Shown here in pieces: positions 21,081-31,731 of a DNA stretch of 64,000 nt (the stretch's first letter is position 1; each line of letters starts with the position of its first letter). Source of the DNA: an uncultured virus (IMG/VR IMGVR_UViG_3300034283_002562) (lineage: Duplodnaviria > Heunggongvirae > Uroviricota > Caudoviricetes); the IMG/VR virus record IMGVR_UViG_3300034283_002562. One strand, written 5' to 3'. The notes below the pieces were generated by a model, which made no database searches, was not told the origin of the DNA, and saw only the letters and a program-made list of their open reading frames with translations. The position numbers were made by a program, and so were the translations under genes.

Positions 21081-22271
21081 TTATCCCATCTTTAATAGAA
21101 TGGTTTCTTCATTTATTCGGCCATTTAGTTTTGTATCAGTTGAATTAATATCATCAAGAAATTTTCTGAGTGCAATCTTTCCAGCTGCTTTAAACTCTTT
21201 AAGTTTTTCATCTGGTTTGCGAATTGTTTTTTGAATGCTTTTATGTTCGTCAAACCCTATAATGGTTGTACCTTTTACACTTAATGGCCCAGTTAACTCA
21301 TCTGCAATGTATTTTCCAAGTTTACGTAGCTTTGTATTATAAACCCACAATTCTTTTGACCCTATTATATCAGTCGGATTAATTGATACTAATTTCAATG
21401 GCTCGAATGTTTTCAAATATTTGAGTTTTTCTACTACTTTATCTTTTGGAACTGCTTTTTTAGCTTTAGGTTTTCGAGTTACTTTTGCTTCTTCCATGAT
21501 CATCGTACAGGCCGAATCAATTTCTTTATAGAATACTAATAGATTATTAATTTGCTTTTTAGATCGATGTTTATACCCTTCTTTTAAATCATCATCGGTT
21601 CCTTCCATTACCGCTGTCAATTCAACCAATCCAGATGAATAATAATCCTTAATTACTCGCGCATGTGCTGCTTTAACCTCTTTTCCCTTTAATAAATTAA
21701 GAATTTTGAACTGTTTGGGATCGAACTTATCGGGTTTTTCCATCCAAACTTCAATAGCATCCTCAATTTCTTCAGTCATTTTAAAGGTAGCCTCTCTAAC
21801 ACGCTCTTGGATACTGATAACAGGAGCACTCGGTTTTGATTCCGTCTCTTCCTCAACATCTATGTCGTTTTTACTATCATTTAACACAACATTAATTGCA
21901 TTAACTAGCCAATCTTTAGTGTTAGCACCATTATTAAAATCATCACGTTGTTCTGGCATTCCTCTTGAAAGACAACTTGCTACTGCACCCATTGTTGTAC
22001 TAACTCGCCAATCTTTAGATTTTTTAAATTCAGTGATTACATCTTTTTCATACCCATTCTCGCCCATCCATGTCAATACTGCTGGTTTAAGATCTTTGCC
22101 ACTGAATTGAAGATTATAATATTGCATAGCAGTATGGTAATGCTTTAGATATTCGGTGGCCGACAATGACTCAGTATCATCCCACCGAGGACTCCAATCT
22201 TTATTACGATTTTCGCGGATGGTAACACTAGTGATTTTAGCTTTTTTAGGTTTTTTAGTTACTTTTGCCAT
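21081..22271 (-). CDS. conserved hypothetical phage protein
   Basis: Long ORF with SD. Confidence 0.75.
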   Translation of the reverse strand: MAKVTKKPKKAKITSVTIRENRNKDWSPRWDDTESLSATEYLKHYHTAMQYYNLQFSGKDLKPAVLTWMGENGYEKDVITEFKKSKDWRVSTTMGAVASCLSRGMPEQRDDFNNGANTKDWLVNAINVVLNDSKNDIDVEEETESKPSAPVISIQERVREATFKMTEEIEDAIEVWMEKPDKFDPKQFKILNLLKGKEVKAAHARVIKDYYSSGLVELTAVMEGTDDDLKEGYKHRSKKQINNLLVFYKEIDSACTMIMEEAKVTRKPKAKKAVPKDKVVEKLKYLKTFEPLKLVSINPTDIIGSKELWVYNTKLRKLGKYIADELTGPLSVKGTTIIGFDEHKSIQKTIRKPDEKLKEFKAAGKIALRKFLDDINSTDTKLNGRINEETILLKMG

Positions 22272-22281
22272 AAAATTCCTT

Positions 22282-22467
22282 TTATTTGGTCGGTTGAGTA
22301 ATTATTTGACTTGGTTTTTCTGGTCTGGAATTACAAAAAACACAATCTGAGTCTTTACATTTTGGTTCCAACCATTTATTACATAATTCGCAGTAGTAAG
22401 CGTCATACTTATTACTGTATTGACGCTCACTACCACATTTACAAAAATTGTTAGATATTATGTCCAC
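22282..22467 (-). CDS. small Cys-rich protein
   Basis: Several CxC/CxxC motifs. Confidence 0.6.
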   Translation of the reverse strand: MDIISNNFCKCGSERQYSNKYDAYYCELCNKWLEPKCKDSDCVFCNSRPEKPSQIITQPTK

Positions 22468-23306
22468 AGTGATTTTCTTACTTTAATCAATCTGATGAGC
22501 ATATCATCTTCTTCTTGCTCATACTGTGCTTCGATCTCAGCTAAACGATTGTGTGAATTTGAACGTACAGCACGTTCATCTGGTGTTTCACTTTCGGTAT
22601 CAAACAAGTCCATTATATCTGATCCATCAGTACGTTTTTTTGCACAAACAGCAGACCAACCACTAATGTCATATGGATCTGGGCGATTTGGGTATACTTC
22701 TTTCCACCAAGTATATAGTTCTTTAATTTCAACTGCAATTAATGCTTGATGAGTTAATTTTCCATATTCTGGGTCAGTAGGTTTATAACCCCATGATTCA
22801 TCATTAACCAATGAAGCCGCCCAATCTAAATGTGCAACCCCAGCTTCTGCACATCGCCAAGTTCTCCATTTGAAAAAATTAGTCCTCCACCATGGTACAC
22901 AATATTTTTTTCTTTCCTCTTCATCCCACATGACATGATGCCATGCAGTTTCTACCTCAACAAAATCAACTAACTCATTAAATAAACATGGTAGAAAACG
23001 ATATCCAACATCTTGCCAATTACCTGGCTTAATATCGTTTGGATGTGCAGTTAATGAATGACTTTTCGTAACCCACCGATTATTAATGTAATATCTGATA
23101 GAGTGAAACCTATTGTATGGCCAATATACAAAATCTTGGAGATATGTCAATCCTTCTTCTGCCAACCAATATCGAACTGGGTGTTTTAATTGTGCTTCTT
23201 TTCGCCATTCTCGCCATTGTCGTGCAGTACCTGCTTCTGGTTTTGGTGTACCAGAAAGCCATTTCGCAAACGTAGAGCAAGACCAGTAATTTGCATATTG
23301 TGCCAT
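22458..23306 (-). CDS. hypothetical phage protein (Trp-rich)
   Basis: ORF with SD. Confidence 0.7.
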   Translation of the reverse strand: MAQYANYWSCSTFAKWLSGTPKPEAGTARQWREWRKEAQLKHPVRYWLAEEGLTYLQDFVYWPYNRFHSIRYYINNRWVTKSHSLTAHPNDIKPGNWQDVGYRFLPCLFNELVDFVEVETAWHHVMWDEEERKKYCVPWWRTNFFKWRTWRCAEAGVAHLDWAASLVNDESWGYKPTDPEYGKLTHQALIAVEIKELYTWWKEVYPNRPDPYDISGWSAVCAKKRTDGSDIMDLFDTESETPDERAVRSNSHNRLAEIEAQYEQEEDDMLIRLIKVRKSLWT

Positions 23307-23319
23307 ATTTTTCCTCTTA

Positions 23320-23691
23320 TTATTTTACTAAAAATGGTTCTAAATTTGGTGGTGAAAAACTGGCAGGTTTTAAAACTTTTCCATCTTCACGTTTTTTAAC
23401 CCTACCGGTCTCTGGATCGATTTTGCTCATATTAGAACGAATTACTTCATTCCATCCGCCTTCTCCATCGAATCCAGCTGAATGAATTGCGCCAGCAATA
23501 ACAACAATCATATCCAACAATGCATCTAACTGTTCAGTTTTATCATTGTCATCGATTGCAACTTGTAATTCATTAAATTCTTCTCTAATGAGGTTCAAGT
23601 ATAGATTATACTGTGCTTCATTGAATTTGTCAACTGTTTGATCACTCGCTTGCATAAACTTACGTTGATCTTCAAATATTGAATTGTTCAT
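23320..23691 (-). CDS. MazG-like nucleotide pyrophosphohydrolase
   Basis: LIREEFNEL...LDALLD...SNMSK...REDGKVLKP. Confidence 0.85.
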   Translation of the reverse strand: MNNSIFEDQRKFMQASDQTVDKFNEAQYNLYLNLIREEFNELQVAIDDNDKTEQLDALLDMIVVIAGAIHSAGFDGEGGWNEVIRSNMSKIDPETGRVKKREDGKVLKPASFSPPNLEPFLVK

Positions 23692-23714
23692 TTGTATTCC
23701 TTTTGTTTAAGTAG

Positions 23715-23781
23715 ATAAATAAGTGTGGTTCACGGAACTACCAATTCCCAACCACTTTAATGCTTTGAAGGAGCATCAACA
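23715..23781 (+). promoter_or_regulatory. late-type promoter plus conserved structured leader of an endonuclease gene
   Basis: ATAAATA, GTGGTT/AACCAC stem, then ATGCT/AGCAT hairpin over the SD. Confidence 0.6.
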
Positions 23782-24708
23782 ATGTTATTTAGTAAACATA
23801 TTTTACCACATGAAATCGATTCTGTCAATCAACCTCAAAATTTATTTGTAGAGGATATAAGTAATCTACCAGAAGATATAAAAAATTATCTAAATCCTAC
23901 ATTATTAACACATATCAAACAACTTTCTGGGTGTTGTGTATATGGGTATTTACGTGAACACGATGATGAATACGGCCCCTCTGGTAGTTTATATTATATT
24001 GGAGAAGGAAGATCTAATAGACCATCTGAAAAACATAATAATGTAAAAACACCAGACCCATCATTAATTGTAATTTTTTCTGATAATATTACAAAAGATA
24101 CTGCTACCAATTATGAAATTATTTTAATAAATCATTATGGTAGAATTGATATTCATACTGGAATATTGATGAATAAAACCAGTGGAGCAAATAATTGGGG
24201 ACCGCTTGGAAAAGTATATGAAACAACACAATGTAAATTTTGCGGAGAACATTTTGCAAAAAATAGTGCAATTTTGCTTCATGAAATGTTTTGCATTAAC
24301 AACCCTAATAAGAAAATTCATAAATATGCCGGGGAAAAATTTACAAAGGCTCCATGTAAATACTGTAATAAATTATTTTCAATTGGTAATGGTATCGTAT
24401 TTCACGAAACCTATTATTGTACTCACAATCCTAATAAAAAAACCCCATTAGTTAAATCAAAACCTGCAATTGTTAGTTGTAAGTTTTGTTCATCAAATAT
24501 TGCGACTAATAACATAAAGGCACACGAATCTAGATGTTTGCATAACCCAAATAAAATTGCGAATCCATTAACAGGTAAATTAATTGAAAAAGAATCATGT
24601 CCATTTTGTCATCAACTGTTTGGACAAGGTACAGGAATCACTAGACATGTTAAATCATGTAAAGAAAATCCAAAACGAATAACTAGAAAATATAAAAAGT
24701 TAAAATAA
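23782..24708 (+). CDS. GIY-YIG-like homing endonuclease with repeated Zn-finger (CxxC..H..C..NP) domains
   Basis: CVYGYLR...YYIGEG; four CKFC/CKYC/CPFC repeats. Confidence 0.75.
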   Translation: MLFSKHILPHEIDSVNQPQNLFVEDISNLPEDIKNYLNPTLLTHIKQLSGCCVYGYLREHDDEYGPSGSLYYIGEGRSNRPSEKHNNVKTPDPSLIVIFSDNITKDTATNYEIILINHYGRIDIHTGILMNKTSGANNWGPLGKVYETTQCKFCGEHFAKNSAILLHEMFCINNPNKKIHKYAGEKFTKAPCKYCNKLFSIGNGIVFHETYYCTHNPNKKTPLVKSKPAIVSCKFCSSNIATNNIKAHESRCLHNPNKIANPLTGKLIEKESCPFCHQLFGQGTGITRHVKSCKENPKRITRKYKKLK

Positions 24709-24749
24709 TTGTATAAAGTTATTATCGAGTATTATTCATTTTAATTTCC

Positions 24750-25103
24750 TTATTGTTGTTCTTCACTGAACCACCGTAGTGTAAACCACGTGGCATCTTC
24801 TGGTCGTTCAAACAGCCATTGTTCACGATAGCCGTTAAAATTACCTTTTAAATTTTCTGAACACCATGTTTTAATCACGTGTTCATTTAATGACCTAGCT
24901 ATTGGATATGGAAGTTTTATTTGTGTCCAATCTGGGAAAGCTGTTTTAAATAACTCCCAAAAGATTTCTCTATCCATTTCTTCTTGAATTTCTTTTGCAA
25001 GAGTTGCAGACATCAAATCTTGTGCTGGTTCAATAGCCCAAGAAGCTTTTAATTTTCTAGGCGTAGCGTTTATTGTTTTTGATGTTATTTGAATTGTAGA
25101 CAT
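24750..25103 (-). CDS. small protein containing a T4 gp23 major-capsid-like segment
   Basis: RKLKASWAIEPAQDL...LAKEIQEEMDREI. Confidence 0.55.
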   Translation of the reverse strand: MSTIQITSKTINATPRKLKASWAIEPAQDLMSATLAKEIQEEMDREIFWELFKTAFPDWTQIKLPYPIARSLNEHVIKTWCSENLKGNFNGYREQWLFERPEDATWFTLRWFSEEQQ

Positions 25104-25119
25104 CCTTGTCCTTAAATAT

Positions 25120-25530
25120 TTATTCTACTTTACCACCAAGGTCTCTTAACTTCCTAGTAAAGTCCTTTCGTTTTCGATAATCAATTATGATAACAGTACT
25201 TGTAGAAAAATCTGACTGATCAACCGCAATTTTCGAGTCTCTGAGACTATATCCAGTATACTCTCTAACGAGTTTTATAGCTGAAATAACTGAACCATTA
25301 GCCCGAATATTTCCTATTCTAAATTTTACTTCAGATGCAGACGAACCTTCAATCATTCTAAAGAACACCCGACCTTTTACTTCTGTACCAAGTGCCACAT
25401 TCATTGCTTCCCAAACTTCCATTGCTTTATCAGCCCCATAATGTCTGGTTAAACTTTTAACAAACATAACACCATCATTTACAACGTCTTCTAATGTCTC
25501 GCTCATATAATCCTCAACGTGTCTTTCCAA
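25120..25530 (-). CDS. protein with ribosomal L7/L12 C-terminal-like domain
   Basis: ISAIKLVREYTGYSLRDSKIAVD motif. Confidence 0.65.
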   Translation of the reverse strand: MERHVEDYMSETLEDVVNDGVMFVKSLTRHYGADKAMEVWEAMNVALGTEVKGRVFFRMIEGSSASEVKFRIGNIRANGSVISAIKLVREYTGYSLRDSKIAVDQSDFSTSTVIIIDYRKRKDFTRKLRDLGGKVE

Positions 25531-25754
25531 GTAAACTCACAATAATGTTCACAATTATCAGAACCATACTCATATCTTTCAGACTGCCATACGTATACGA
25601 CCCCATGTTCATCTAGTGAAATACCTTTCACTATTTTTACAACAATGCCTTTGTTTTTGTCAATATCAACGACTTCATCACCAACTTTCAACGTGTTAGA
25701 TTCATTTAATCGTCTAGTTTTTTCTAACCATTGTTGTCTTTCAATTTTTTTCAC
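25503..25754 (-). CDS. hypothetical protein
   Basis: ORF. Confidence 0.5.
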   Translation of the reverse strand: MKKIERQQWLEKTRRLNESNTLKVGDEVVDIDKNKGIVVKIVKGISLDEHGVVYVWQSERYEYGSDNCEHYCEFTWKDTLRII

Positions 25755-26011
25755 AGTGGATTACTCTTTAATAATAAAAATGTAAATTCAACTGGGTCAA
25801 CTACTGCTGTTTTTATATCTTCAGTGCGATGTTTTAAATATCGTAAATCATCACCGTCTTTCCTCCATATTCTTTCAGAGTGCATAACTAATTTCCAATC
25901 AGAAATTATTACTTTGTCAGTATGTGAAATAAGAGGTGAATAATTAGTAAAATATTTCCCATTATACCATGATACTAATGCATCTGAAATCTCGTAAAGA
26001 ACAATACTCAT
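25751..26011 (-). CDS. hypothetical protein
   Basis: ORF. Confidence 0.55.
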   Translation of the reverse strand: MSIVLYEISDALVSWYNGKYFTNYSPLISHTDKVIISDWKLVMHSERIWRKDGDDLRYLKHRTEDIKTAVVDPVEFTFLLLKSNPL

Positions 26012-26318
26012 CGTTGATGTTGTATAAGAGATGCTTGACCTTCTTTTAGATACCAGTCAAATTCAGTTCTACAATCTGAACAGCATTTTTTGTTCATTGA
26101 TCTAAAATGCAGTAATGCCCCATTACATTTAGGGCATCTTTCTAATGGCTCTGAATGGTTCATTGTGGATCTACTTTATTAAGTTCTACTACTGTAGTTT
26201 CCGATACTGGTGTTTCTTCCACTGGACCAATCTTTACATATGCAAAAACAATTACCATCATAGTGATTGTTATCATCACAAATAGTGATACCAGAACATT
26301 TCGAATTAGTTCCATTGT

Positions 26319-26615
26319 TTAGTCCTCGTCGTTGTTATCGTGGGTTTCGTTTACTTCTTTAACTGTAGATTCTATCCACAACATAGCTCGTAAAAAGCCT
26401 TCTGCCTCAACCGTATTGATAGTTAAGCCGTCAGCTTTAATACTTTCGTAAAAGTCTTTAGCACGTCTAACTTCCCACTCAATTGTTTCAGTTAAGTGTT
26501 CGTACTTTTCTTGGGCTATTCTATTTGGTTTTGAACGGTTATTTGCTTCGCGTTCGATTAAGCATTTAATCGTGTCTACAATTGTTTTATCGATATCTAT
26601 CATGTTGGATCTCAT
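26319..26615 (-). CDS. hypothetical protein
   Basis: ORF downstream of a TTGACA-16-TATAAT promoter. Confidence 0.6.
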   Translation of the reverse strand: MRSNMIDIDKTIVDTIKCLIEREANNRSKPNRIAQEKYEHLTETIEWEVRRAKDFYESIKADGLTINTVEAEGFLRAMLWIESTVKEVNETHDNNDED

Positions 26616-26683
26616 AAAAGTAAATGAAAACTTATTATATCAGATTTATCTGTGATGTCAAGATAAATTTTAAAAACGGACTA

Positions 26684-27739
26684 TCAGAGGTGTAAAATTT
26701 CACCAGTGAAGTTCAACTCATTTCGCAAAAACTGTTCTATCTCAGATTTATACAACACTGAAGTATTTACTACTACCGATGTTGTAATCATTTTTGGAAG
26801 TGTGATTGGAATAGTGCATCCAGGAATGAATTTACCACTTTTTCGCTGATCTTTATCAATAATAGCTACTATATTCTTGCGAATTTCAATTGGAATACTA
26901 CCAACAAACGTAGAGGCATGTGCCCCTGCTCCGTAAATCGTAAAATCAATATTCAACGCTGACAGAATGTTGTCATACGCCAGTTTAGAACGTGATATGG
27001 CGTTTGTAATCTGTTGCTTTTTGATAGGTGTAATTATAATTCCAATATGTGACTTGTTTAATAAATCTATTTGGTATGCAGTAGTAAACCCAGATAATGC
27101 GGAACACAAGTTTAAACTATTAATACTAAAATGTTGCACATGGTCATTAAAAAAATCTACTACCTGGTCATTCATAAGAGTAGAATCCAGATTTGGGACT
27201 TCAATATACACCTGGCCAGTGTCTGAAAGCCGTGATTTACAAAGTTTTAAAAATTCGATTGGGTTATCGATATGTTCTATTATATGTCTAGCAATTATCA
27301 AGTCATATTGGTTATCAGGGAATGATACATCAAAAAATTGCTGATAATGGGTGATTGCTGTGTTTTCGTATCCAGTAATACATGGATCAACAGTAGTGAC
27401 ATTGCAACCATGTTCAGAATAGTAATTTGCAATTTCACCAGACCCAGATCCTATTTCTAAAATAGATATGTTAGATACATTTAAAAAATTTATTATATTT
27501 GTTAAATTATTATTCATGGATACACTTATTGCTTTTTTTGTAACATAACTATCGGCAGTGTATATAGATGGCTGAAAGTTAAAATTAGTCACATGGTTAC
27601 AGTTATCACAGACACGCACATTCATTGATGTTGTTTGTACATTTGTAGCAGTATCAAACAATTGTGCCGAGGAAACCGGTACCGAATCAAAAACACTTAC
27701 AATTTCCATTGGTGATTGGCATATTGGGCATTTACTCAT
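26684..27739 (-). CDS. SAM-dependent methyltransferase (NDP-sugar C-methyltransferase-like)
   Basis: N-terminal CxxC, ILEIGSGSG, ARHIIEH and IYGAG motifs. Confidence 0.8.
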   Translation of the reverse strand: MSKCPICQSPMEIVSVFDSVPVSSAQLFDTATNVQTTSMNVRVCDNCNHVTNFNFQPSIYTADSYVTKKAISVSMNNNLTNIINFLNVSNISILEIGSGSGEIANYYSEHGCNVTTVDPCITGYENTAITHYQQFFDVSFPDNQYDLIIARHIIEHIDNPIEFLKLCKSRLSDTGQVYIEVPNLDSTLMNDQVVDFFNDHVQHFSINSLNLCSALSGFTTAYQIDLLNKSHIGIIITPIKKQQITNAISRSKLAYDNILSALNIDFTIYGAGAHASTFVGSIPIEIRKNIVAIIDKDQRKSGKFIPGCTIPITLPKMITTSVVVNTSVLYKSEIEQFLRNELNFTGEILHL

Positions 27740-28755
27740 ATAAAATCTCCTAAATTATCGGAATCCCGTGCTATATTAACAGCAATTGCTGTCGGGTATG
27801 GATTACTATTGGCATAGTCATTAATTACCACTCTTTTAGAATGATGAACTTCCATAATTAAATCACAATCTCCAAATCCCAATTCATCAAGCATATTCAT
27901 AGTCAAATTTTTGTATTGTTTTCCACGGGCAGTACAAAATATAATTTTACATCCCCTAGCCATTTCGGATTTCAGCTTATTGATATTGTTTGTTAATGGT
28001 ATATATGGTTCATAATAATTCATAGTTGATTTGATTATAGTTCCATCAATATCACAAAAATAGGTTGGCCTGTTATTATATTCAAACCACTCAGGCGCGG
28101 TTCCTATATCGATAAAATTTGTTACATACTGTTCAATAAATATAGTACCGTTTAAAATTAAATAATCAATAACATTAGATACATATATTTCTGATCTACT
28201 GTTACTGTATAACGCCTCAAATGATTTAATAAAATCACGTGCAGTACCAAATTGATACCCACCAACGCAAAAACTGCTGCTTACTATTTGTTTTTCTACA
28301 ATACTTGTTATGATTCCTTGATTATTTGATAGTGTATAACTTTTTCCGGCAGTATTATGCATATGCGGGTTATCCTTCAAGTCTGAAACATATACATTAT
28401 TACCAGGTTCTATCGTACAATCAAAATAACTATCACAATCTTTAATGAATATAGGAGATTCCTCATCAATTCCAGCTATTTTAAGTGCTTTGTAAACAGT
28501 TTCGGCTGGACCAGATGTTATCTCTGGTAATATAATAATATTAATATTGTCACCAAAAACTTCTTTTAATTTTTGGGATGCATTAAATTGTTTATCGTGA
28601 GTTTCTAATATAACAAGCGTTACATTATATTTACCAATGAATTGTTTTGCTGAATTTTCGACCATCATTAACCCTTTGTAATCGGTTAATAGATACTTTG
28701 GTCGTAGATTAGGAAATCTAGATGACATTCCGGCGCAGGGTATAATTATTTCCAT
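27736..28755 (-). CDS. sugar-phosphate nucleotidyltransferase fused to a HAD-like domain
   Basis: IIPCAGMSSRF..PKYLL; C-terminal CDIDGT. Confidence 0.8.
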   Translation of the reverse strand: MEIIIPCAGMSSRFPNLRPKYLLTDYKGLMMVENSAKQFIGKYNVTLVILETHDKQFNASQKLKEVFGDNINIIILPEITSGPAETVYKALKIAGIDEESPIFIKDCDSYFDCTIEPGNNVYVSDLKDNPHMHNTAGKSYTLSNNQGIITSIVEKQIVSSSFCVGGYQFGTARDFIKSFEALYSNSRSEIYVSNVIDYLILNGTIFIEQYVTNFIDIGTAPEWFEYNNRPTYFCDIDGTIIKSTMNYYEPYIPLTNNINKLKSEMARGCKIIFCTARGKQYKNLTMNMLDELGFGDCDLIMEVHHSKRVVINDYANSNPYPTAIAVNIARDSDNLGDFI

Positions 28756-29498
28756 AAGTTATTAATCTCGTTAATTAAGTAAGTCTCATCCATTAATGAT
28801 TTGGTATACGGTAGTATTCTCATTAACATTAATATCAATAGATAATCATTATTACAATTGAATTTGGATATTTCTTCATCTATATTTTTAAGTTTGGAAT
28901 TTATGTATAAGTCTGGCTCATTTCGAATAAACCATTTACATTTAAGATCCTGTCTTAATTTTGCTATATCAAACACATACGATGAATATTCGGTTGTTAT
29001 TGGATCTATTAAAATAAAATCATTTTTGTGTGTTGAATATAAAATATTCTCAAGTGTGAAATCACCATGATATTGTGATACAGGTATATTTTTTGGTAGT
29101 TTAAACAATAAAGATTCTTTATCAAACACAAATTTATATTTTTCAAAATCTATACTATCTAATTTCTGTTTATATATTTCAGTAAAATCAAACGTACCAG
29201 TAGTACTGGTTTTTAGTGTAGATAATACTTTTTTAATGAAAGAGTTTAGTATATTGTTATCATAATGAGTTATGAATGTTTTAATATCTAAATTTGGTAT
29301 ATATTCCATATCATAACTGTTAGATGTTATATTAAATATTTTTGGGAATTGCAAATCCAATTCGCTCAATTCGGAAAATCTAGCAATATTTCTTTCAATA
29401 TTGTTAATTTTTCTTACTATTGTATTCCCGTTGTCATTTATTAAATATAATTCACTTGTTGAATACCCATTTTTTAGTTTTTTTAAGATTTCGTCCAT
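28746..29498 (-). CDS. APH/choline-kinase-like phosphotransferase
   Basis: HGDFTLENIL...LIDP motif. Confidence 0.75.
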   Translation of the reverse strand: MDEILKKLKNGYSTSELYLINDNGNTIVRKINNIERNIARFSELSELDLQFPKIFNITSNSYDMEYIPNLDIKTFITHYDNNILNSFIKKVLSTLKTSTTGTFDFTEIYKQKLDSIDFEKYKFVFDKESLLFKLPKNIPVSQYHGDFTLENILYSTHKNDFILIDPITTEYSSYVFDIAKLRQDLKCKWFIRNEPDLYINSKLKNIDEEISKFNCNNDYLLILMLMRILPYTKSLMDETYLINEINNLWK

Positions 29499-30187
29499 GG
29501 AGTATTCTCTATTCCATACTTTCTGACATGTTCAGCTCTTTCTATATCCCTGCCTTTAGTGCACAAAGTATAGAACGAACTTTCATCACTTGGCTCTGGA
29601 ATATTTGATATAAAATGAATATTTTCATGACCAATGCTTAATGCCAATTTGTGTATCAATGGGTGTGTGTCTGCTGATTCTGGTCTTAAATTTCGATAAG
29701 TATAATGTAATGATTGATGGACTTGATTAGTTAAATGCATTGGCCACATATATACATTGTCAGTGGTCCAGCGTAATATATCCCACCAAAATCCACCAGT
29801 TTCTGGATATAAAAAATTAAATTTGGTGTAATCTATATTTTCATTAAATAACACTTTATGAAAATGTATATCAAAGCGTGTTAAGATAATGAAATCTAAA
29901 TTTTCATTTTGAAATGCATCAAATGCACCTTTACAAGTAAATGGATCAGATCCTTCAAATTCACAAAAATGAATCTTTTCTGGTTTCACAGTGGCATAGA
30001 ATTCTTGTTCTATATCTGGGTCAGAGAATGGATAGGTTGTGACATATATATTAGCCTCATGCCCATTATCAATGAATGGTTGGACGAGCATTTCATGAAT
30101 GTTTGTCCAACAATGTCTGTAATCTTTAAATCCTTTAGTTGATTGTGTACCGTAGGTTATCCCGTAAAAACAAAATCCAATTTTCAT
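29483..30187 (-). CDS. hypothetical protein, possibly glycosyltransferase-related
   Basis: MKIGFCFYG...IILTRFD; lies in the sugar-modification cluster. Confidence 0.5.
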   Translation of the reverse strand: MKIGFCFYGITYGTQSTKGFKDYRHCWTNIHEMLVQPFIDNGHEANIYVTTYPFSDPDIEQEFYATVKPEKIHFCEFEGSDPFTCKGAFDAFQNENLDFIILTRFDIHFHKVLFNENIDYTKFNFLYPETGGFWWDILRWTTDNVYMWPMHLTNQVHQSLHYTYRNLRPESADTHPLIHKLALSIGHENIHFISNIPEPSDESSFYTLCTKGRDIERAEHVRKYGIENTPWTKS

Positions 30188-30221
30188 ATACTTCCTTGTA
30201 ATATTTTATTTATATTAGGAT

Positions 30222-30653
30222 TTAATTACTATTATTTTCTTTGTCGTTCGCACTCAATGCTATTAATGCGCTAGCATGCTTCTGTGCATTTTCTGCAGTC
30301 AAATGAATCAACCCAGATTCAAGATACTTCATATCTTCTGAACAAGAACCCCACCATTTTGGTATATAAAATTCAGAGAATGATGGTATGTAATACACCT
30401 TATTTTTTGGTAATGGTTTTCTAACTGGGGCTGGAACTTCTACATCACCAATTTTAATAGTTTTCATTTTTATGGCCAATAAATTGAAGCTTGTTTTCAA
30501 TTCGGACGGCACCCATGTTTTACCATGATCTAGTGATCGGGTGAGGTTGTTATTAATGAGTTTGTATAAGATATGTTGATAATCATCAGTTCTCTTTAAT
30601 GTTTCTCCAGATAATAATGCTTCATAAACTTCTTTATCGTTATTAAATGACAT
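30222..30653 (-). CDS. hypothetical phage protein
   Basis: ORF downstream of a sigma70-like promoter. Confidence 0.65.
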   Translation of the reverse strand: MSFNNDKEVYEALLSGETLKRTDDYQHILYKLINNNLTRSLDHGKTWVPSELKTSFNLLAIKMKTIKIGDVEVPAPVRKPLPKNKVYYIPSFSEFYIPKWWGSCSEDMKYLESGLIHLTAENAQKHASALIALSANDKENNSN

Positions 30654-30705
30654 AATTGTTCCTATAAGTTAAGTTTAGTTTATTATAGCAGGTGATTTAA
30701 TTTTG

Positions 30706-30915
30706 TCAAGAGTTCTTAAAGAATTGTTTGAAAACACTTTCTAATGCATCATGTAATTCATCGTCTAGTTTTTTAAATTCATCTTCTGATAAGTCTAATG
30801 AAAATGGCAGCGTAACTGTTGAAATAACTTTTTTACCATGTATTTCAAATTTGTAATTTGCACCAGGAGTTTGGCATTTTGTTTTTGATTCTATTAAATC
30901 AATTAAATCTCTCAT
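30706..30915 (-). CDS. hypothetical protein
   Basis: Likely start MRDLIDLIES with SD. Confidence 0.55.
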   Translation of the reverse strand: MRDLIDLIESKTKCQTPGANYKFEIHGKKVISTVTLPFSLDLSEDEFKKLDDELHDALESVFKQFFKNS

Positions 30916-30985
30916 TGTAGTTCCTTGATAACTACAATATTTATTGTTTACAACAGTTAAGCGTTGTGATATAATCAATTAACGG

Positions 30986-31050
30986 ATAAATAAAGATGTA
31001 GTTCGCGGATGGCCGTCCCAACTACTCTAACATTAACAAGGAATGTCAGC
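30986..31050 (+). promoter_or_regulatory. late-type promoter plus conserved structured leader
   Basis: ATAAATA, GTAGTT/AACTAC stem, ACATT/AATGT hairpin over AAGGA. Confidence 0.6.
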
Positions 31051-31731
31051 ATGAATATTTATATTTTAGAATCAACTAGACAAAAATTTAAACCAACGTT
31101 TTTAATGATCAAACAGCACAATATTACGGGTTTAAAATACTTATGTAAAACTATGAGAAAAGATCCAATAAAATATAAAGGATCTGGAACACGCTGGCGG
31201 AGACATATCACAAAACACGGAAGTTGTCACGTAACAACCATATGGTATAAATTATATACAGATATCGATGCGTTAGTTAATACTGCAATTGCTCTGTCGG
31301 AATTATTTGATGTAACATCCTCGGAATATTGGGCCAATCTTAAACCAGAAACTGGTTTAGATGGTGGAAGTGGTGCAACATTTACTGATATCGAACGCAA
31401 AAAACGCAGCGAACGGGTATTTGGTGCAAATAATCCAATGTTTGGAACATCACGTGTTGGTACTACCAATCCATTTTATAATAAAGTGCATTCTAAAGAA
31501 TCGAAAGATAAAATGGGACCATATGGGCAAAATATGCCAGAATCTCAAAAAAATGCAACTAAAAAGAGAATGTTAGTCTACAATCCAATGAATAATCCAG
31601 AATCCATTCAAAAAATTAAAAATAGCATGGCATCTGCATGTTGTATTCTGTGCAGAGAAATTCGTGTTGGTGAACAAAATATGCACCAACACTATGATAG
31701 TAAAACATGCAGATCAAAAAGGAAAAACTAA
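31051..31731 (+). CDS. GIY-YIG-like homing endonuclease with NUMOD3-type repeats
   Basis: HNITGLKYLCKT..YKGSG..W; NPMFG/NPFYNK repeats; start MNIY follows the SD. Confidence 0.8.
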   Translation: MNIYILESTRQKFKPTFLMIKQHNITGLKYLCKTMRKDPIKYKGSGTRWRRHITKHGSCHVTTIWYKLYTDIDALVNTAIALSELFDVTSSEYWANLKPETGLDGGSGATFTDIERKKRSERVFGANNPMFGTSRVGTTNPFYNKVHSKESKDKMGPYGQNMPESQKNATKKRMLVYNPMNNPESIQKIKNSMASACCILCREIRVGEQNMHQHYDSKTCRSKRKN

